The notes: generated from the letters alone by a model not told the origin. A DNA stretch of 64,000 nt from Dehalococcoidia bacterium (GCA_009692705.1 SHYR01000003.1:5170-69169), one strand, 5' to 3'. Numbered from the stretch's first letter, positions 18,280 to 28,019 are shown. Numbers and translations are program-made.

Positions 18280-20502
18280 CTACCCCGCCAGCGCGCGCTC
18301 CAGCCCGCCCTCGCAGGCCTCGCGCATGGCGTCCAGCGCGGCGTCCAGCGGCCCCAGCCGCAGCCGTGCCCCGCCCGCGCGCCCGAGCAGCGTCGCCGGC
18401 ACGGCGGCGTCGCGCGCGAGCGCCAGCAGCGCCGCCAACGCGGCGGGCTCGCACACCCCGACCAGGAAGCGCGACTGCGCCTCGCCGAAGAGCGCGGCGT
18501 CCAGCCGCGCGCCCAGCTCCAGCCCCGCCGCCGCCTCGAAGCCCGTGCCGCCGGCCAGGCAGCACTCCGCCAGCGTGACGGCGAGGCCGCCGTCGGAGCA
18601 GTCGTGCGCGGCGGCGAGCAGCGCGCGCGCGTGCGCCTCCAGCACCAGCCGCTGCACGCGCGCCTCCAGCTCCAGGTCCAGGCGCGGGCGGCCCGCGACG
18701 CGGCCGTGCGCGCGCGCCAGGTACTCGCTACCGGCCAGGCTCTCCGCGGGCTGCGCGGGCGAGGCGCCCAGCAGCACCACGGCGTCGCCGGCGCGCAGCG
18801 CGGGGGTGAGGTGGCGCTCCACGTCCTCCAGCACCCCCAGCATCCCCACCGCCGGCGTCGGCAGCACCGCGCCCTGCGGCGTCTCGTTGTACAGCGAGGC
18901 GTTGCCGGAGACCACCGGCGTGCCGAGCGCGCGCGCGGCCTCCGAGAGCCCGATGATCGCCTGCTCTAGCTCGTAGGCAACCTCCGGCTTCTCCGGGTTG
19001 CCGAAGTTCAGGCAGTCGGTGAGCGCGACCGGCGTCGCGCCGGTGGCGACGACGTTGCGTGCCGCCTCGGCGACCGCGATCTGCGCGCCCACGCGCGGGT
19101 CGAGCCACACCAGCCGCCCGTTGCCGTCGGTCGCCAGCGCGATCCCGCGGCGCGTGCCGCCGCCGAGCGCCAGCACCGCGGCGTCGCCGCCCGGCCGCAC
19201 CACGGTGTGGTTGCCGACCTGGTGGTCGTACTGCCGCCAGATCCAGCGCCGGCTGGCGATGTTCTCGCAGCCCAGCAGCTCCAGCAGCGCCGCATTCGCG
19301 CGCGCGGCGTCGAGGTCCGGCAGCGCGCCGAGGTTCTCGCCGTGCAGGCGGTCGAGGCGCTCCGGGCGGCGGCCCTGCAGCGGGTACTGCGGCGCCTCCG
19401 CCAGCACCGCCACGGGCACGCGCGCCACCACCGCGTCGCCGTCGCGCACGGTCGCCATGCCGTCGTCGGTGACCACGCCCACCACGTCGGCGTGCAGCTC
19501 CCAGCGCCGGAAGAGCGCAACCACGTCGTCGAGGTGCTCGCGCTTCGGGATCACGAGCATGCGCTCCTGCGACTCCGAAAGCATGACATCGTAGGGGGTC
19601 ATGCCGCGCTCGCGGCGCGGCACCTTCGCTACATCGATCTCGATGCCGGTGCCGGCGCGATGCGCCGACTCCACGGCGCTGGAAGTGAGGCCCGCCGCGC
19701 CGAGGTCCTGCAGCCCCTCGATCCAGTCGCGGTGCTGCTCCGCCAGCTCGACGCAGGCCTCCATCAGCAGCTTCTCGAGGAAGGGGTTGCCCACCTGCAC
19801 GGCGGGGCGGCGCTCCCCCGAGCCCTCGTCGAGCTCCACCGAGGCGAAGGTCGCGCCGTGGATGCCGTCGCGCCCGGTGTCGGCGCCCACCAGCAGCAGC
19901 GGGTTGCCGGGGCCGCGTGCGGCGGCGGAGAGCAGGTGCTCGCGCCGCCCCACGCCCACGCACATCGCGTTCACCAGCGGGTTGCCGCTGTACGCGCGGT
20001 CGAACTGCACCTCGCCTCCCACCGTCGGCACGCCGACGCAGTTGCCGTAGCCGCCGATGCCGGCCACGACGTTGCGGAAGAGGTAGCGCTGGTGCGCGTC
20101 GTCCAGCAGCCCGAAGCGCAGCGAGTCGAGCAGCGCCACCGGCCGCATGCCCATCGCGAAGATGTCGCGCAGGATACCGCCGACGCCGGTGGCCGCGCCC
20201 TGGTACGGCTCCAGCGCCGAGGGGTGGTTGTGCGACTCCATCTTGAAGACCGCGATCCAGCCGTCGCCGAGGTCGATCGCCCCCGCGTTCTCCTCGCCGA
20301 TCTTGGTCAGCACGTAGGGGCCGGTGGTGGGGAAGTGGTGGAAGAGCGGCCGCGAGTGCTTGTAGCCGCAGTGCTCCGACCACAGCGCGCCCGCCATCCC
20401 CAGCTCCACCTCCGTGGGCTCGCGGTCGAGGCGCGCGACGAGCAGCGCGTACTCGTCGCGCGACATCGCCACCTGCTCGAGCGTACGGTCGTCGACGGTC
20501 AT
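18280..20502 (-). CDS. purL: Phosphoribosylformylglycinamidine synthase subunit PurL
   Basis: Start at MTVDDRTLEQVAMSRDEY. SEHCGYKHS, ESHNHPSALEPYQGAATGVGG and VGNPFLEK are present. The listed ORF start at 20886 reads through a palindromic repeat and is not credible. Confidence 0.95.
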   Translation of the reverse strand: MTVDDRTLEQVAMSRDEYALLVARLDREPTEVELGMAGALWSEHCGYKHSRPLFHHFPTTGPYVLTKIGEENAGAIDLGDGWIAVFKMESHNHPSALEPYQGAATGVGGILRDIFAMGMRPVALLDSLRFGLLDDAHQRYLFRNVVAGIGGYGNCVGVPTVGGEVQFDRAYSGNPLVNAMCVGVGRREHLLSAAARGPGNPLLLVGADTGRDGIHGATFASVELDEGSGERRPAVQVGNPFLEKLLMEACVELAEQHRDWIEGLQDLGAAGLTSSAVESAHRAGTGIEIDVAKVPRRERGMTPYDVMLSESQERMLVIPKREHLDDVVALFRRWELHADVVGVVTDDGMATVRDGDAVVARVPVAVLAEAPQYPLQGRRPERLDRLHGENLGALPDLDAARANAALLELLGCENIASRRWIWRQYDHQVGNHTVVRPGGDAAVLALGGGTRRGIALATDGNGRLVWLDPRVGAQIAVAEAARNVVATGATPVALTDCLNFGNPEKPEVAYELEQAIIGLSEAARALGTPVVSGNASLYNETPQGAVLPTPAVGMLGVLEDVERHLTPALRAGDAVVLLGASPAQPAESLAGSEYLARAHGRVAGRPRLDLELEARVQRLVLEAHARALLAAAHDCSDGGLAVTLAECCLAGGTGFEAAAGLELGARLDAALFGEAQSRFLVGVCEPAALAALLALARDAAVPATLLGRAGGARLRLGPLDAALDAMREACEGGLERALAG

Positions 20503-20675
20503 GGAGCCCTCACCCTCACCCCTGCCCCTCTCCCATCGGGGAGAGGGTGGCGAGCCGGAGGCGAGCCGGGGTGAGGGCCTCAGCGTAGCAGCGGCGCTCG
20601 CTTGCCTCACCCCCACCCCTCTCCCCCCGGGGGAGAGGGGTGGGGGTGAGGCAAGCGAGCCGGGTGAGGGTCCTA
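20503..20675. repeat. Two adjacent REP-like GC-rich palindromic elements (core CCCCTCTCCCC/GGGGAGAGGGG)
   Basis: A perfect inverted repeat with 30-nt arms spans 20596-20660 (gctcgcttgcctcacccccacccctctccc...gggagaggggtgggggtgaggcaagcgagc). An imperfect copy sits at about 20503-20580. The direct repeat GCGAGCCGGG(G)TGAGGG(C/T)CCT flanks both. Confidence 0.85.
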
Positions 20676-21266
20676 ACGCATCGAGAACGGCGGGTAGGCG
20701 TCCACCTGCAGCAGAATGTACGCGGTCACCCGGGCGCCCCAGCGGCCGACGCCGACGAGGTAGTAGAACGCCCCCCGCGGGAAACGCCCGGTCACGACCA
20801 CTGCCACCACCGCGAACAGCCACACGAACACTCCCACGAAGACAAGGAAGCCAAGCGCGACGTAGTGCGGCACCACGATCAGCCACTTCACCAGCGGCAG
20901 CCAGCGGTTGTACCGTTCCTGCCTCGACACGTCATAGCGCAGGTGCGGGTAAGCGCCGGCGTCGAACGAGAACGGCGGATACGGACCGTCGCGGAAGAGC
21001 GCGTAGGCGCAGACGTTGTACTGCCAGCGCGTGGCGCCCACCACCAGGCGGAAGATACTCTCCGGATAGCGCGACTTAAACAGAATCACCCAGAACGCGA
21101 GGAACGCCAGTACCGCGGCGAGGTTGCTCAACACGTTCACCACCAACAACTGGGGGATCACGAGCAGCCAGCGCACGAGGATCAGCCCGCGCGACACCTG
21201 CTCCTGGTAGTCCAACTCGAAGCGCACCGGGTACTCCGGGGACTTGCTGACGGCCATCGCGCTCAT
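20673..21266 (-). CDS. DUF4389-like integral membrane protein
   Basis: YPVRFELDYQEQVSRGLILVRWLLVIPQLLVV and a second half RWLPLVKWLIVVPHYVALGFL. Start at MSAMAVSK with GGAGG 5 nt upstream. Confidence 0.6.
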   Translation of the reverse strand: MSAMAVSKSPEYPVRFELDYQEQVSRGLILVRWLLVIPQLLVVNVLSNLAAVLAFLAFWVILFKSRYPESIFRLVVGATRWQYNVCAYALFRDGPYPPFSFDAGAYPHLRYDVSRQERYNRWLPLVKWLIVVPHYVALGFLVFVGVFVWLFAVVAVVVTGRFPRGAFYYLVGVGRWGARVTAYILLQVDAYPPFSMR

Positions 21267-21364
21267 CACCACCTCCGTTCCCGCTCGCATACGCGTGCGC
21301 GCACACCGTAGCCCACAGCGGGGGGCGCGCCAAACGGCCTAAGCGCGCGACTGCGCGGGCGGCC

Positions 21365-22105
<741 letters not shown>

Positions 22106-22158
22106 GCCCAGAGTATAGGCAGGCGCGACGGCAGCCTCGACCGCACAGGCCGCGAGCG

Positions 22159-24137
22159 CTAGGCGTCGTCCGGCGGGCCGGCCGGCGGCGTCCCACGACG
22201 CGACGGGGGCCACGGCTCCGGCGCGGGTGCGGCCTCGTCCTCCCCGTCGCCGCCGGCGAACCGCGAGCGCCGCTGGGCGGGCGCCGGCGTAGCGGCGCGG
22301 GCGGCGCGCTCGCGCGCGGTGGGCTGCGGGTACTCCACGCGCTGGTGGAAGGCCGCGTGCAGGGTGTCAATGAACGTGCCGGCGACCACGCGCAGGTCGC
22401 GCAGGTCGCACTGGCCCTCCTCGAGGCGCTCGCGGAGCGTGCCCTCCACGATCGCGCGCAGGCGCTCGTCGGAGCGGTCCGGCGAGGCGCGCGCGGTCGC
22501 CTCGCAGCCGTCGGCGAGCATCACCAGCGCGGTCTCGCGCGACTGCGGCCGGGGGCCGGGGTAGCGGAACGGCTCGGCGTCCGCGTCGACGTCCAGCGCG
22601 GCGGCGCGGCGGTAGAAGTACGTCATCAGGCGCGTGCCGTGGTGCTCCGAGATGAAGCGCGCCCGCACGTCACCGGCAGCCCCTCGCGGTGCGCCAGCTC
22701 GAGCCCGCCGGTGACGTGCGGGTGGATCACGCGCGTGCTCTGCAGCAGGTCGAGCCCGGCGTGCGGGTTCGCGCCGGCGGCGAAGTTCTCGATGAAGAAG
22801 TCAGGCGCCACCAGCTTACCGATGCCGTGGTAGTAGGCGCCGACGCGCACCAGCAGCGCATCCGCGCCGATGCGGCCGGCGTCGCGTCCGCCATGTTGCC
22901 GACCAACACCGCGTGCTGGAAGGTCCCGGCGCCTCGTCCTGCAGCCGCCGCAGCAGCGGATGGCTAAGTTCTGCGAGCTGCATCAGCGCGGCGCGCGTGG
23001 CGATCCCCAGCGCCGGGCTCAGCAGCGCGAACGCGCCCGCCGCGATCAGCGCCGACAGCAGCCCGTCTGCCGTCGAGACGCCCGCGATCCGGAGCAGGTC
23101 GGCTGCGCTGCGCTCGGGGGCGAGCAGCCAGAACAGCACCAGCGCCGCGGCGATCGCGAGCGCGGCGCCCAGCCAGGCGAGCAGGTAGCGCGGCAGCCGC
23201 TCCGCTCGCAGCGCCAGGTAGCCCCCGGCGACCGAGGCGCCGCTGACCGCGAACCACGTGCGCGCCGCCTCCAGCTGCACCGCCGCGGGGTCGATCGTGG
23301 GCAGGTAGACGGGACGAAGACCGCGATCGCGGCCAGCAGCATGGTCAGCAGCAGTGCGGTGGTGAGATCGAGCAGCACCGCCGCCGCGATCGGCGCCACG
23401 GCCAGCGGCACGGCGTAGGCGAGGAAGTGGCGGCCGCCGTCCGGCAGCAGCGCCGGGAACGCGAACTTCGCCGCCAGCACCGGCACCACCAGCAGCAGGC
23501 CGAAGAGCGTGAGCCGGCGCATCCCCGCTAGCGCGCGCGGCGCCGCCACCACGAGATACCCGGCGGCGGCCGCTCCCGCCAGCGCGGCGACCAGCGCGCT
23601 CGCGGCGATCTTGCGCGGCTCCGCGTTCTCGGAACGCAGGCCGAGCGCCCCCAGCAACTCGTTGCGCGACGCGGTCAGCGCCTGGCCCGCGGCGACCAGC
23701 ACCGCGGCGGAGCGCACCGACAGCTTCACGCCCCCCACCGCGCGCATCCGCGACTCCTTCGTGGACGCGGCCAGCGACTGGGTGGCGCGGATGGCGTTGA
23801 TATCGCGCAGCTGCGTCGCGAGCTGGGCGAGCTGGCGGTCGCGGATGCGCGAATCGAACACCAGCACATCCTCCACCGCGCCGGCGGCCTGGTCGCGCCG
23901 CTACTCCGTGAGCACGGCGGACTCGTAACTGAAGTCGCGCAGAGCGGTCACGGTGCGAGGGGCGCGCGCGCCCTCCCGCAGCAGCGCGCGGCCGGGGAAG
24001 ACCGGGAACAGCGCGGCGAACAACGCCAGCGCGAGCAGCGCCCCGAAAGCGACGGCGCCCCCGTGCCCGCGCGCGCGGGCCGCTGCCGGGAGCCGGCTTA
24101 CCAACCCACCAGCGCGATCCCGCCCGGCGCGATGCAT
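22159..24137 (-). pseudogene. 7TM-HD membrane phosphohydrolase (PgpH/YqfF family), disrupted by one nonsense codon and four frameshifts
   Basis: Colinear pieces lie in four ORFs and frames: the N-terminal ectodomain, TM helices, then LLRRLQDEAPG / TFQHAVLVGNMADA / GRIGADALLVRVGAYYHGIGKLVAPDFFIENF...HPHVTGGLELAHREGLP / VRARFISEHHGTRLMTYFYRRA. The lesions are an in-frame TAG at 23901-23903, frame switches near 23310, 22923 and 22670, and a 5-bp tandem duplication GCGTC-GCGTC at 22879-22888. Confidence 0.7.
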
Positions 24138-24141
24138 GGCA

Positions 24142-24591
24142 TCAGCCAGAGGCGAGCAGCTCCCGCACCAGCTCGCTGGCGCGGCGCCCGTCGGCGCGAC
24201 CCTCGAGCCGCGGCACGAGCTGGCCCATCACCTTGCCGAGGTCGCCCGGTCCGCTCGCGCCCGCAGCCGCGATCGCGGAGCGCGCAAGCGCCCGCAGCTC
24301 GTCGTCGGAAAGCGCGGCCGGGACGAAGGAGGCGATCACCTCCAGCTCTTCCTCCTCGGCGCGGGCTAGGTCTTCCCGCCGGCCCTTGCGGTACTCGGCG
24401 ATCGAGTCGCGGCGCTGCTTCGCCTCGCGCTGCAGCACGGCGATACATTCGCGGTCGTCGAGCTCGTGGCCGGCCGCGATGCGGCCGTTGCCGATGGCGG
24501 AGAGCAGCAGACGCATAATGTCGCGACGGCGCGTGTCGCCGCCCTTGATCGCCGCGGTCAGCTCGAAACGGACAGTCTCTTCGATCGGCAT
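24142..24591 (-). CDS. GatB/YqeY-domain protein
   Basis: MPIEETVRFELTAAIKGGDTRRRDIMRLLLSAI...LQREAKQRRDSIAEYRKGRREDLARAEEEELEVI...GDLGKVMGQLV. ATG at 24591 with GGGAGG upstream. The order rpsU-yqeY matches Firmicutes. Confidence 0.8.
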   Translation of the reverse strand: MPIEETVRFELTAAIKGGDTRRRDIMRLLLSAIGNGRIAAGHELDDRECIAVLQREAKQRRDSIAEYRKGRREDLARAEEEELEVIASFVPAALSDDELRALARSAIAAAGASGPGDLGKVMGQLVPRLEGRADGRRASELVRELLASG

Positions 24592-24630
24592 CGCGCCTCC
24601 CGGGACCAAGGCCCCGGCGTGGCCGGGGGC

Positions 24631-24840
24631 TCAGACGCGAAGCCGCTCCTCCTGCTTGCGCACCACCTTGCGCAACTTGCGCAGGCGTGCGGCCGCCTTC
24701 TTCTTGCGCCGCTCGGAGGGCTTCTCGTAGTACTCGTGCCGCCTGGCTTCGGTGAGGATCCCGTCCGCCTGCACGCGCTTGTTAAAGCGCTTCAGCGCAC
24801 CCTCCAGAGACTCCCCTTCGCCGACATGGACTTCGCTCAC
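24631..24840 (-). CDS. rpsU: 30S ribosomal protein S21
   Basis: 69 aa. SLEGALKRFNKRVQADGILTEARRHEYYEKPSERRKKK. Confidence 0.9.
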   Translation of the reverse strand: MSEVHVGEGESLEGALKRFNKRVQADGILTEARRHEYYEKPSERRKKKAAARLRKLRKVVRKQEERLRV

Positions 24841-24991
24841 GTGCCGCCCGTACCCCCTGCCGCACCACTCGGGCGCAGCCTCGGCGCCCGTTCCACACAG
24901 CGCGCGCGTCGATCGCGCGCACAGCCAGCGTAGGCAGGCGGCCGTGAGCGCGTCAAACGTGCGCTGCCGCCGCCACGCCCCGCCCGACCGG

Positions 24992-25135
24992 TCAGTCGGC
25001 CGAGGGCAGCACCTTGGGCTGCAACTCCTCCAGCGGACGGCCGTCGATCTTGAGGTCGCAGGTGCCCGGCTTGATGCAGAGCAGTTCGACGTTCGTCTGT
25101 GCGTCCTTGTAGCGCTTGCCGAGAGCTACCGCCAT
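24992..25135 (-). CDS. Unannotated small ORF (47 aa), paralogous to the ORF just upstream; GKRY...LPSAD type
   Basis: Own translation: MAVALGKRYKDAQTNVELLCIKPGTCDLKIDGRPLEELQPKVLPSAD. GGAG lies 7 nt before the ATG. It is below the ORF-track size cut-off. Confidence 0.4.
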   Translation of the reverse strand: MAVALGKRYKDAQTNVELLCIKPGTCDLKIDGRPLEELQPKVLPSAD

Positions 25136-25144
25136 GCCACGCTC

Positions 25145-25261
25145 CTATACTCGCACGAGTTCGTCGTCGCCATGGCGCAGGGTGCCTTCCCCGCCGCGCG
25201 TGACGATGAACTCGGCCCCGCACTTCGGACAGCGGTACCGCTTCCCCGTTTCGAGAGCCAT
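25145..25261 (-). CDS. Unannotated small ORF (38 aa), zinc-ribbon-like with a single CxxC
   Basis: Own translation: MALETGKRYRCPKCGAEFIVTRGGEGTLRHGDDELVRV. GGGGAGG lies directly upstream. High GC3. Confidence 0.45.
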   Translation of the reverse strand: MALETGKRYRCPKCGAEFIVTRGGEGTLRHGDDELVRV

Positions 25262-25340
25262 CGCCTCCCCCGCTCCCTGCCGGCGCGTTCGGTGCGCCCG
25301 TGCTCCCACCATCAACGTACCGCGCCGGCGCCCCGCGCAA

Positions 25341-26357
25341 CTACTGGACCGTCAGCGCCACCCGCATGCCAAGCTGGTAGTGGCCCGGCAGGTTGCAGAT
25401 CAGACTGTACTTCCCGGCCGCCAGCGTCAGCGTGAGGTCCTTCGTCTGGCCCGCCGGTAATTGCGCGATGCGCCCCAGCACCTTGAGTTGCTTCTCGTCC
25501 ACCGCGCCGCCGGCCTGTGGCAGCGCGTCTATCGCTGCTCCGCTCTGCGTCACCACGAACTCGTGCGCGATCACTCCCTTGTTGGCGACACGGAAGGTAG
25601 CCAGGCCGGCGTCGAGCGTTGCCGCCCCCATCTTGATCCCGTACGGGGCATCGCTGAGGGTAACCTCATTCAGCCTGGAGCCCGCGGGCGGTGGGCCCTG
25701 CGTCGCGGTCGCCACCGGCGTGCCGGCGGCCGCGGGCGCCGCTGGCGTCGCTGAGAAGGGGTCGCGCATGCGGAAGCTCTGCGCGGTCTCGCTGGCGAAC
25801 TGGCCGCAGTTGTTGCTGGTGACGGCAAGCGTGGCAGGGTCCTTCACCACGATCGCGGCGACCTGCTGCGCGGTCAGGCCCTCATCCGCATGCGCGGACT
25901 CCTCCGCCACTAGGTCCCAGCGGCCATTGGTGATCATCGTCACCACGTGGTTGACCTGCGTGTCGGAGAGCGGCCCCCCGAAGTGCTGGCTCCACGGCGG
26001 CATGAAAGTGTTGCTGCGCCCGCAGGAGATGGTGCTAAAGAGGAAGCTGCGGATGCCGTCCGCCTCCGCCGGCGAGGTCGGCGCAAGGCCGTACCGGTTG
26101 CCTTCGCCGAGGATCAGGAACGCGGGGCTGTTCAGCTTCGCGCCGACCCCGCCCTCCTCGGCGCCCCAACCTTCCAGCCCGTGGCAAGTGCGGCAGTTCT
26201 GCACGAAGAGGCGCGCGCCGCGGTTCGCGTTGCGCTCCGTGACCTCCCGGCGCGCGTCCACCTCGCGGCGCTGCTCGTTCACGAAGTAGCCACCGAAGAG
26301 CACGAAGCTGATGAACAGCAGGCCGATCATCACGTTCACTTGCTTGCCGGTGTTCAT
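25341..26357 (-). CDS. Membrane-anchored mono-haem cytochrome c fused to a C-terminal type-1 copper (cupredoxin) domain
   Basis: N-terminal TM helix, haem motif CRTCH (nt about 26181-26195), a Pro/Ala linker, then a cupredoxin with ligands AHEF...CNLPGHYQLGM. Confidence 0.8.
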   Translation of the reverse strand: MNTGKQVNVMIGLLFISFVLFGGYFVNEQRREVDARREVTERNANRGARLFVQNCRTCHGLEGWGAEEGGVGAKLNSPAFLILGEGNRYGLAPTSPAEADGIRSFLFSTISCGRSNTFMPPWSQHFGGPLSDTQVNHVVTMITNGRWDLVAEESAHADEGLTAQQVAAIVVKDPATLAVTSNNCGQFASETAQSFRMRDPFSATPAAPAAAGTPVATATQGPPPAGSRLNEVTLSDAPYGIKMGAATLDAGLATFRVANKGVIAHEFVVTQSGAAIDALPQAGGAVDEKQLKVLGRIAQLPAGQTKDLTLTLAAGKYSLICNLPGHYQLGMRVALTVQ

Positions 26358-26393
26358 CGACCCGCCGATCCGTCGCAGCGTGACACGCGGGCG

Positions 26394-27074
26394 CTAGGTG
26401 GCAAGGCCGGGGGCCTGGATCGCGCGCTGCGGGTTGTCCGGTCCGCCCGGTACGCGCGCGCCCGTCTGCACCGTGATGTTGCCGCTGGCGTCGACGTCGA
26501 TCTTCATCGTGTCCATCGAGCGCGGTGCCGGCCCGAACACGCGTACCCCGGCCTTGGTGTACGTGGAGCCGTGGCATGGGCAGCGAAACCAGCCGGTGTC
26601 GCCCTCGAAGGTGAAGTTGTTGCGCCACGGCACCGTGCAGCCCAGGTGCGGGCACTTGTGCCACAGCGCCAGCAGCCCGGCGGCGGCGCCGCTGCCGCCC
26701 GGGCGCTTCTCGGCGGGGTCCAAGTTGACGATCCAGAACTGCCCCTCGAGAAAGTGCTTGGGGTCCGCGCCCCTAGCGTAGTCCTTCACATTGCCGGCCG
26801 GCACCGGCGCGCCGAAGCCGCGCACGTTTCGCGGGTAGAAGAAATCGAGGAACAGCCCGACCGAGCCCAGCAGCGTGGCGCCGAGGCCGGTCCAAAACGA
26901 GGCGCGGATGAACCTGCGGCGCGAGAGCTCCGCCGACAGCGGCTGCGCCTGCGCGGCGGGCACGATCTGGCCCTCGCGCAGCTGCGTCCTGCGCGTGGCG
27001 ATCGCCTCACGCCAAGCGTCGGGCGGGCCGCCCGCCGTCCCCGCGGACTCGGTGGTCCGGGTTTCGCTGCTCAC
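26394..27074 (-). CDS. Rieske [2Fe-2S] subunit of a cytochrome bc/b6f-type complex
   Basis: Rieske boxes CPHLGC and CPCHGS, plus an N-terminal TM anchor. GTG start. Confidence 0.9.
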   Translation of the reverse strand: MSSETRTTESAGTAGGPPDAWREAIATRRTQLREGQIVPAAQAQPLSAELSRRRFIRASFWTGLGATLLGSVGLFLDFFYPRNVRGFGAPVPAGNVKDYARGADPKHFLEGQFWIVNLDPAEKRPGGSGAAAGLLALWHKCPHLGCTVPWRNNFTFEGDTGWFRCPCHGSTYTKAGVRVFGPAPRSMDTMKIDVDASGNITVQTGARVPGGPDNPQRAIQAPGLAT

Positions 27075-27114
27075 TGCACCACTCTCACTCGCTGCGCCGC
27101 CCTAGATTCGCTCG

Positions 27115-27996
27115 TCACGACACCGCAGGCTTCACGTCCCAGAACCAGAACAGCTCCATGCCCGAGCCACGGAAGAAGGTGCCGCTGATCGTAAGCGTGA
27201 GGAAGACGGCGATAAAGCCGGAGAACTGCACAATCATGTGGTCGCGTCGCGTCTTCGCGATCCCTAGCCGCCAGAGCACCAGCGAGAGCAGCAGCGGCAG
27301 CCCGACCATGAAGCTCACGGGGATGACCTGCTCCACCAGCACCGCCGGCAGGTTCACATCCAGATCGACCTTCGGCAGTCCCAGCAGGTCGGTGCGCAGC
27401 ACCTTGCTTCCGAGCGGGATGTGCCGCCACGACTCCGGCCAGGCGATGTTGTTCTGGATCGAACGCGCGTTGCGCAGCCAATTCAGCTTCGCCGGCCACT
27501 CCGCCACGTCGTGGCCCGTGAGTCGCGCCCACAGCACCACGTGCTTCTGGCCGTCCCACAGGATCAGCAGGATCGTGCCGACCGTGCCCACCACCGCACC
27601 GATCGCCGTCATCGTCCACGCGCGTGGGGTCGCCAGCCACTCGCCCTGGTGCTCGAGACTGCGGTCGAAGTATGGGATCGCGGCCAGCGCGGCCAGCGCC
27701 ACCGTCGGTACGATCACGCCGGCCAGCGCCGGGTGCATGTGCAGCAGCAGCTCCTGCAGGTTGAGGAAGTACCACGGCGCCTTCGAGGGGTCGGGCGTGT
27801 GTGCCGGGTTCGCGCGGTCCTGCAGCGGCGCATCGATCAGCACCGACAGCAGCGTGAAGGAGAGCGTGAACAGCACCGCCGAGATGAACTCGACGAAGAC
27901 GAGGTCGGGCCAGACCAGCAGCTCCTCTTCGCGCGAGCGGCGGGAGCGCGCACGCACGGCCGGCGACTGCGCCGCCGCCTGGGTGCTGATGACCAT
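27115..27996 (-). CDS. Cytochrome b C-terminal half / subunit IV-like protein (PetD/QcrB-C type) with extra C-terminal TM helices
   Basis: VWPDLVFVEF..., and PDPSKAPWYFLNLQELL (the PEWYFL-type motif). Multiple TM segments. Confidence 0.8.
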   Translation of the reverse strand: MVISTQAAAQSPAVRARSRRSREEELLVWPDLVFVEFISAVLFTLSFTLLSVLIDAPLQDRANPAHTPDPSKAPWYFLNLQELLLHMHPALAGVIVPTVALAALAAIPYFDRSLEHQGEWLATPRAWTMTAIGAVVGTVGTILLILWDGQKHVVLWARLTGHDVAEWPAKLNWLRNARSIQNNIAWPESWRHIPLGSKVLRTDLLGLPKVDLDVNLPAVLVEQVIPVSFMVGLPLLLSLVLWRLGIAKTRRDHMIVQFSGFIAVFLTLTISGTFFRGSGMELFWFWDVKPAVS

Positions 27997-28019
27997 CGCG
28001 GTCCTCCGCCCCTACGGTG

